DNA of 20,000 nt from an uncultured virus (IMG/VR IMGVR_UViG_3300042154_002181) (Duplodnaviria > Heunggongvirae > Uroviricota > Caudoviricetes), in the IMG/VR virus record IMGVR_UViG_3300042154_002181; one strand, written 5' to 3'. The translations under genes were made by a program, and so were the position numbers. Below the pieces are notes generated by a model, which was not told the origin of the DNA, made no database searches, and saw only the letters and a program-made list of their open reading frames with translations. Of this stretch, positions 15,518-20,000 are shown in pieces (positions within the stretch are counted from its first letter, which is position 1; each line of letters starts with the position of its first letter).

Positions 15518-16637
15518 AGACAGAGACGTAATAACAGGAGAAAAAGATTTAAGAGAGTTATATACTTTCAAAAACTTTCCTGTGTTTATGGGATGTACTG
15601 ATCAACCTAAAGAGAAAGACATTGTAGCAGATATGAGCTGGCAGATGAGTATCTCTTCAGGAATGATACAGTTAAATCCGCTATTGCCTTTAGAGGTCGT
15701 TTATGCAGAAGAACATGGATCAGGAACTGTAGGAGATATTTGGAATCAACATCATGAAGCTTTCGCTGAATTTGTTACTAAGTTTTCTTCTATTAAATCT
15801 GTTCTAGAAATAGGAGGACTACACGGACATTTAGCAAAGAAGTCTTTAGCAAAAAGAAACTTAGATTGGACTATAATAGAACCTAACCCTAGAGTTCCTG
15901 CTAACTTACCTGTCAAAGTAATAAAAGGCTTTTTTGATGATAAATTTATTTCAGAAGAAAAATACGATGCAGTTATTCATTCTCATGTATTAGAGCATGT
16001 GTATGATCCATTAACGTTTATGCAACACATATCAGACTTTATGAAGAAGGATTCTTTACTTATAATGTCTGTTCCTAATTTAGAAGCAATGCTTCGTAAT
16101 AACTATACTAACTGCCTTAACTTCGAACATACTTACTTTGCAAGCCAGCCTTATGTTGAGCTTTTATTAAGTCATTTTGGATATGAGTTATTAGAAGAAA
16201 GCTACTTTAAAGAAGACCATAGTATCTTCTTTTGTGCAAAAAAGGTAAGAGAATCTAAAGAAGAAATCTATATAACTTCAGGACAGCAAGATCAACTCTA
16301 TATGCATAATTTAGCCTTATTTTTAAATTACACACAGTACCATGAAGAGTTAGTTTCAGAGCTAAATAAAATAGAAGGAGATGTCTATCTTTTTGGAGCA
16401 CATATCTTTTCTCAAACCTTATTACAGTTTGGATTAGATGCTAAAAAAATTATAAACATTTTAGATAATGACCCTAATAAACAAAATAAACGTTTATATG
16501 GAACAGATCTAATAGTTAAGTCTCCAGAAGCATTAAGAGATGTAGAATCCGGAACTGTAATAGTAAAGACGGGAGTTTACAACGAAGAGATTAAAAAGCA
16601 AATAGAAAGTATAAACCCAAATATAAAAGTTATATGA
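15501..16637 (+). CDS. Class I SAM-dependent methyltransferase, NDP-sugar C-methyltransferase-like architecture
   Basis: VLEIGG, IIEPN, HSHVLEHVYDP, FEHTYF; C-terminal YLFGA..ILDNDPNKQ domain. Confidence 0.82.
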   Translation: MNYIRRDRDVITGEKDLRELYTFKNFPVFMGCTDQPKEKDIVADMSWQMSISSGMIQLNPLLPLEVVYAEEHGSGTVGDIWNQHHEAFAEFVTKFSSIKSVLEIGGLHGHLAKKSLAKRNLDWTIIEPNPRVPANLPVKVIKGFFDDKFISEEKYDAVIHSHVLEHVYDPLTFMQHISDFMKKDSLLIMSVPNLEAMLRNNYTNCLNFEHTYFASQPYVELLLSHFGYELLEESYFKEDHSIFFCAKKVRESKEEIYITSGQQDQLYMHNLALFLNYTQYHEELVSELNKIEGDVYLFGAHIFSQTLLQFGLDAKKIINILDNDPNKQNKRLYGTDLIVKSPEALRDVESGTVIVKTGVYNEEIKKQIESINPNIKVI

Positions 16638-16996
16638 TAGATCCTAGACCTAAGACAATATTCTGTGACATAGACGGAACTTTAATTGAACACTTTCCTC
16701 CAGGAAGTAATTTTCATGAGTTTAGTCCAAAAGCATTACCTGGTGTTACAGAAAAAATACTTGAGTGGGATAAGAAGGGCTATAAAATAATTCTTACGAC
16801 TGGTAGAAAAGAGTCTATGAGAAAATTTACAGAGAAGCAATTAGAGCAAGCAGGTATTTTTTATGATATGCTTATCATGGGTATAGGAGGAGGAGTAAGA
16901 GTATTAATCAATGATTATAAACCAAACAGCACAGAAGAGACAGCAGTTGCTATTGTTGTTGATCGCGATAAAGGAATAAAAAATATAGAAATCTAA
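16634..16996 (+). CDS. Capless HAD-superfamily phosphatase (capsule-biosynthesis BcbF/EcbF-like)
   Basis: FCDIDGTL (motif I), LTTGR (motif II), LIND (motif IV); 120 aa. Confidence 0.85.
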   Translation: MIDPRPKTIFCDIDGTLIEHFPPGSNFHEFSPKALPGVTEKILEWDKKGYKIILTTGRKESMRKFTEKQLEQAGIFYDMLIMGIGGGVRVLINDYKPNSTEETAVAIVVDRDKGIKNIEI

Positions 16997-18678
16997 TGAA
17001 TAAGTTTACAATAATAACTCCTTCGTATAATAATCTAGACTATGTTGAGTATAACTTAGCAAGTGTACTTAATCAAACTTATACTAATTGGAGGCTGCTC
17101 TACATAGACGACTGTTCTACAGACGGTACCTTTGAAAAAGTTTCTGAAATACTAAAAAATAATACTCAATGTAAAGTCATCAGAAACGAAATTAATAAAG
17201 GAGCTGCGTATAACTACATCGAACCGGTTAGACATTTATTTCCAGAAGACGATGAGATTATAGTTCACCTAGACGGAGATGATTGGCTCTTTGATGAGAG
17301 TGTATTAGAGAAGTTAAATGACTTTTATAACAAGACAAAATGCTGGATGACTTACGGGCAATTTGTATGCTGGGATGGAACCGGTAATGGTACTCAATCT
17401 TTTCCTCAAGGCACTCCTTATGATGATTTTATCCATAGACATAAATTCTATAGAAGAGATCAATGGAGAGCTAGTCATTTAAGAACTTATAGGTATTCTC
17501 TTTGGAAGAACATAGATAGAGAAGATTTGAAGTCTAGAATAGATGGAGAGTATTATTGGCATGCGAGTGATCTTGCTTGGGCGTATCCTGCTTTAGAAAT
17601 GTGTTCTAAAGATAAGATCGGTGTTGTAAATTTTACAACTCACGTATATAATGCTACTCCAAAAAATCAAGAAAGAACAAAAGAGAGAGAAGCTACAGAT
17701 AATTCTAAGTATGAGGTAGAGATTAGAAATAAGAAAACCTACAGAGAGGGATTAGGAAACGGAAAGCTTCCTCAAATAAATGTCTTTAATAAAGACTACT
17801 ACATGGAATATAATTCAGTACCAAAGAAGTTTACTTATTGCTACGAGCAGGTAGACGGAGAGTTTGATATAGTATTGCTTTGTGATCCAGCTATTAAAGA
17901 CTACTTAGAAGGTAGAATTAAAATAGATAGAAAAGTTCCTATTGTAGCTAGATTATTTGAACAAAGAGAGTACTTTCATAAAGAGCTTTACAATTTAGTT
18001 ATTCAACATCAAGATAAGTTTCATACTATCTTAACATTTGATAGAGAGTTATTAAAGATCTTACCTAATGCTAAATTCTTACCTCCAACAGAAGTAACTC
18101 AGTTCAACAGACTTCCTAATCCAGCCGGACATACTCCTTATAAGTCAGATCATTTCGATCAGTATGAGATCCCAGAAGATAGAGCTTATCATATTTTTCC
18201 AAAGTCTAAGTTAGTATCTGCTGTAATATCTACAAAAGCTTTTCTACCTGGACATAAAAAGAGATTAGAGTTTGTAAATACAATTAAAGATAGAATAGAT
18301 TTATACGGTAGAGGTATTAGAGAGATTCCTAGTAAGCTTGATGCATTGAGAGACTATATGTTTAATATTGCTATCGAGAATGTTTCTTGTGATGATAATT
18401 ACTTCTCAGAAAAAATTATAGATTGCTTCTTAACTGGAACTATTCCTGTCTATCATGGATGTATTCATATAGGAGAGTTCTTTGACGAGAGAGGTATTCT
18501 ATCTTTTCAGACTCAAGAGGAGTTAGACACTATAATGAATAGTTTAAGCTTAGAGAAGTATCAAGAGATGCTTCCTTACATAGAAGCTAATTATAAGAAG
18601 TGCTTTGAATGGCCTTTAAATAACGATATGCTTTACGATAACTACTACAAAAATATTATAGATGGTACTAATCTTTAA
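16996..18678 (+). CDS. Fused glycosyltransferase: N-terminal GT2 + C-terminal GT10 (fucosyltransferase-like)
   Basis: GT2: TIITPSYN, IDDCSTDGT, HLDGDDWL, SHLRTY. GT10: DYMFNIAIEN..YFSEKIIDCFLTGTIPVYHG. Confidence 0.88.
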   Translation: MNKFTIITPSYNNLDYVEYNLASVLNQTYTNWRLLYIDDCSTDGTFEKVSEILKNNTQCKVIRNEINKGAAYNYIEPVRHLFPEDDEIIVHLDGDDWLFDESVLEKLNDFYNKTKCWMTYGQFVCWDGTGNGTQSFPQGTPYDDFIHRHKFYRRDQWRASHLRTYRYSLWKNIDREDLKSRIDGEYYWHASDLAWAYPALEMCSKDKIGVVNFTTHVYNATPKNQERTKEREATDNSKYEVEIRNKKTYREGLGNGKLPQINVFNKDYYMEYNSVPKKFTYCYEQVDGEFDIVLLCDPAIKDYLEGRIKIDRKVPIVARLFEQREYFHKELYNLVIQHQDKFHTILTFDRELLKILPNAKFLPPTEVTQFNRLPNPAGHTPYKSDHFDQYEIPEDRAYHIFPKSKLVSAVISTKAFLPGHKKRLEFVNTIKDRIDLYGRGIREIPSKLDALRDYMFNIAIENVSCDDNYFSEKIIDCFLTGTIPVYHGCIHIGEFFDERGILSFQTQEELDTIMNSLSLEKYQEMLPYIEANYKKCFEWPLNNDMLYDNYYKNIIDGTNL

Positions 18679-19810
18679 CGTATACTTAACTGACACTTCA
18701 GGTAATCCATACTCTGGAATTACTAGAGGTATATTACCCCCTTATAGTAAGTTAGATATAACTAAGTATAGTCTATCAAGTCTTGCTGTAGCTTATGCTT
18801 GGACTAAAGCTATTATAAATGTAGAACTAGATACTAAGTTATACAGCGAACAAGATAGAGAAGAATTAAAAGCTTTTGTAAAGAAAGAGTTTAGCGGTAT
18901 AGAATTACTTTATAATAATAAGAGAGCAGTTTATCAGCAAGAGTGGAAGAGCTTATATAAAGAAATAAATGCTGACTTAATCTTACTATTATGTAACCAC
19001 GATCATATCTTTTTAGATTCAAGTAGAGAGTGTTTAGAACAAATAGTTAATCAAAAGCATGATAAGTACACCACTATTGTTATGAGTCATTGGCCTGAAA
19101 ATATTAGATGGGCTAAATCTGGATACATAGAGCTAAACGAAACTACTCCAAGACAATTAAATAAAGATTATTCTATTTTAGATTACGGATTAAGTTATAA
19201 AGGCACTTCTATTGATAGTTTAAATATTATAACAAAGGATTTATATTACAATTGGTTCTTCACAGGAGAGTGGACGGAAGTACCTCTACCAAGAGTAGAT
19301 GGAATCTCAGGAGTCTATCCTAGCATTATTAATATAAGACAGCGTTTAAACATACCACTTCCAGAACAAATAGTAATTATTCCATTTAAAGAACAAATGA
19401 GACACTTTGATGGGTATATGCATCAGAGAATAGATAATAACATTTGTCCGTCTCTAATTATACCAGAAGGCTTTTTTGATTCTAAGATTAAACTTAGATA
19501 TGGATATGAAGATCGAAAAGAAGGATGGGTCAATTTAAATCCTAAAGCAGAGAATTATAGAGCCGCAGATTTAAGCGGAGTAGAAGATAAAATAACTTTA
19601 GAAGATTTACCTTTAATGTGGCAAAATAGAGTTGATGAAATAGATAATAGTCCTTATATTATAGAAGAGGAGATGATTCAGTATAGATTGAAAGCAGTAT
19701 TAGAACAAATCTATTCAGATTTTCGATATAATCCTTATATAGAATCTAAAGTAGAGAGAGAGATTCTAAACAGTTATTTAAAAACATATAAAAATTATAA
19801 AATAGATTAA
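18662..19810 (+). CDS. Hypothetical protein, possible divergent GT-A glycosyltransferase
   Basis: 382-aa ORF; ILLLCNHDHIFLD and RHFDGY occupy positions like GT-A DxD and C-terminal His motifs; context. Confidence 0.7.
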   Translation: MVLIFNVYLTDTSGNPYSGITRGILPPYSKLDITKYSLSSLAVAYAWTKAIINVELDTKLYSEQDREELKAFVKKEFSGIELLYNNKRAVYQQEWKSLYKEINADLILLLCNHDHIFLDSSRECLEQIVNQKHDKYTTIVMSHWPENIRWAKSGYIELNETTPRQLNKDYSILDYGLSYKGTSIDSLNIITKDLYYNWFFTGEWTEVPLPRVDGISGVYPSIINIRQRLNIPLPEQIVIIPFKEQMRHFDGYMHQRIDNNICPSLIIPEGFFDSKIKLRYGYEDRKEGWVNLNPKAENYRAADLSGVEDKITLEDLPLMWQNRVDEIDNSPYIIEEEMIQYRLKAVLEQIYSDFRYNPYIESKVEREILNSYLKTYKNYKID

Positions 19811-19811
19811 T

Positions 19812-20000
19812 ATGACTAAAGTAGTTTACGTAACAGGATGCTTAGGCTTTATTGGCTCTCATGTAACTAGAGCATGTTTAGAAAAAGGCTGGTATGTGAG
19901 AGGTATAGATAAGTGTACATATGCTTCGAATCAAGAACTCCTTTTTGAATTCACAGAAAATTATCCGGATCAGTTCTATTTTGAAAGAGAGGATATTAAT
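19812..20000 (+). CDS. NDP-sugar 4,6-dehydratase (RmlB/RfbB-like) SDR, 3' end beyond window
   Basis: Not in the ORF track. ATG 19812 gives MTKVVYVTGCLGFIGSHV..RGIDKCTYASN..EREDIN, with GxxGxxG and the DKxTYA signature; open to the window end. Confidence 0.85.
   Translation, partial: MTKVVYVTGCLGFIGSHVTRACLEKGWYVRGIDKCTYASNQELLFEFTENYPDQFYFEREDIN

Noticed and set aside
1..20000. Stop-codon reassignment (code 15 or 4), as in some large phages
   Set aside because: Genes are full length in code 11; TAA, TGA and one TAG (15515-15517) all end genes at coupled boundaries; tRNA-Gln has UUG, not a suppressor anticodon.

Overview
AT-rich (roughly 30% GC by eye), gene-dense window coded entirely on the + strand in standard genetic code 11. 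Genes are tightly coupled and have A-rich leaders with no obvious Shine-Dalgarno motif. The layout best fits a large dsDNA bacteriophage, possibly with a Bacteroidota-type host; this is inference, since no structural genes are in the window. From the left: an intrinsic terminator; a tRNA cluster (tRNA-Gln(UUG), a very unusual 156-nt tRNA-like RNA with Asp identity elements on a class II-type scaffold, and tRNA-Leu(UAA)); small phage-type ORFs (two Cys-rich proteins, a MazG-like protein, a Cas4/RecB-like nuclease, an RHH protein); then a glycan-biosynthesis locus of at least 17.6 kb that runs off the right edge. That locus holds 5-7 glycosyltransferase genes, RfbH/DdhC, a GDP-mannose 3,5-epimerase-like enzyme, Glf, an RmlB-like partial gene, and an unusual five-gene cassette (cupin-nucleotidyltransferase-kinase fusion, SdhL-like dehydrogenase, GatZ/KbaZ-like barrel, sugar methyltransferase, HAD phosphatase). 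The most interesting items are the oversized tRNA-like RNA and that cassette, which may make an activated ketose or other rare sugar. All family assignments come from motif recognition by eye; no searches were run.
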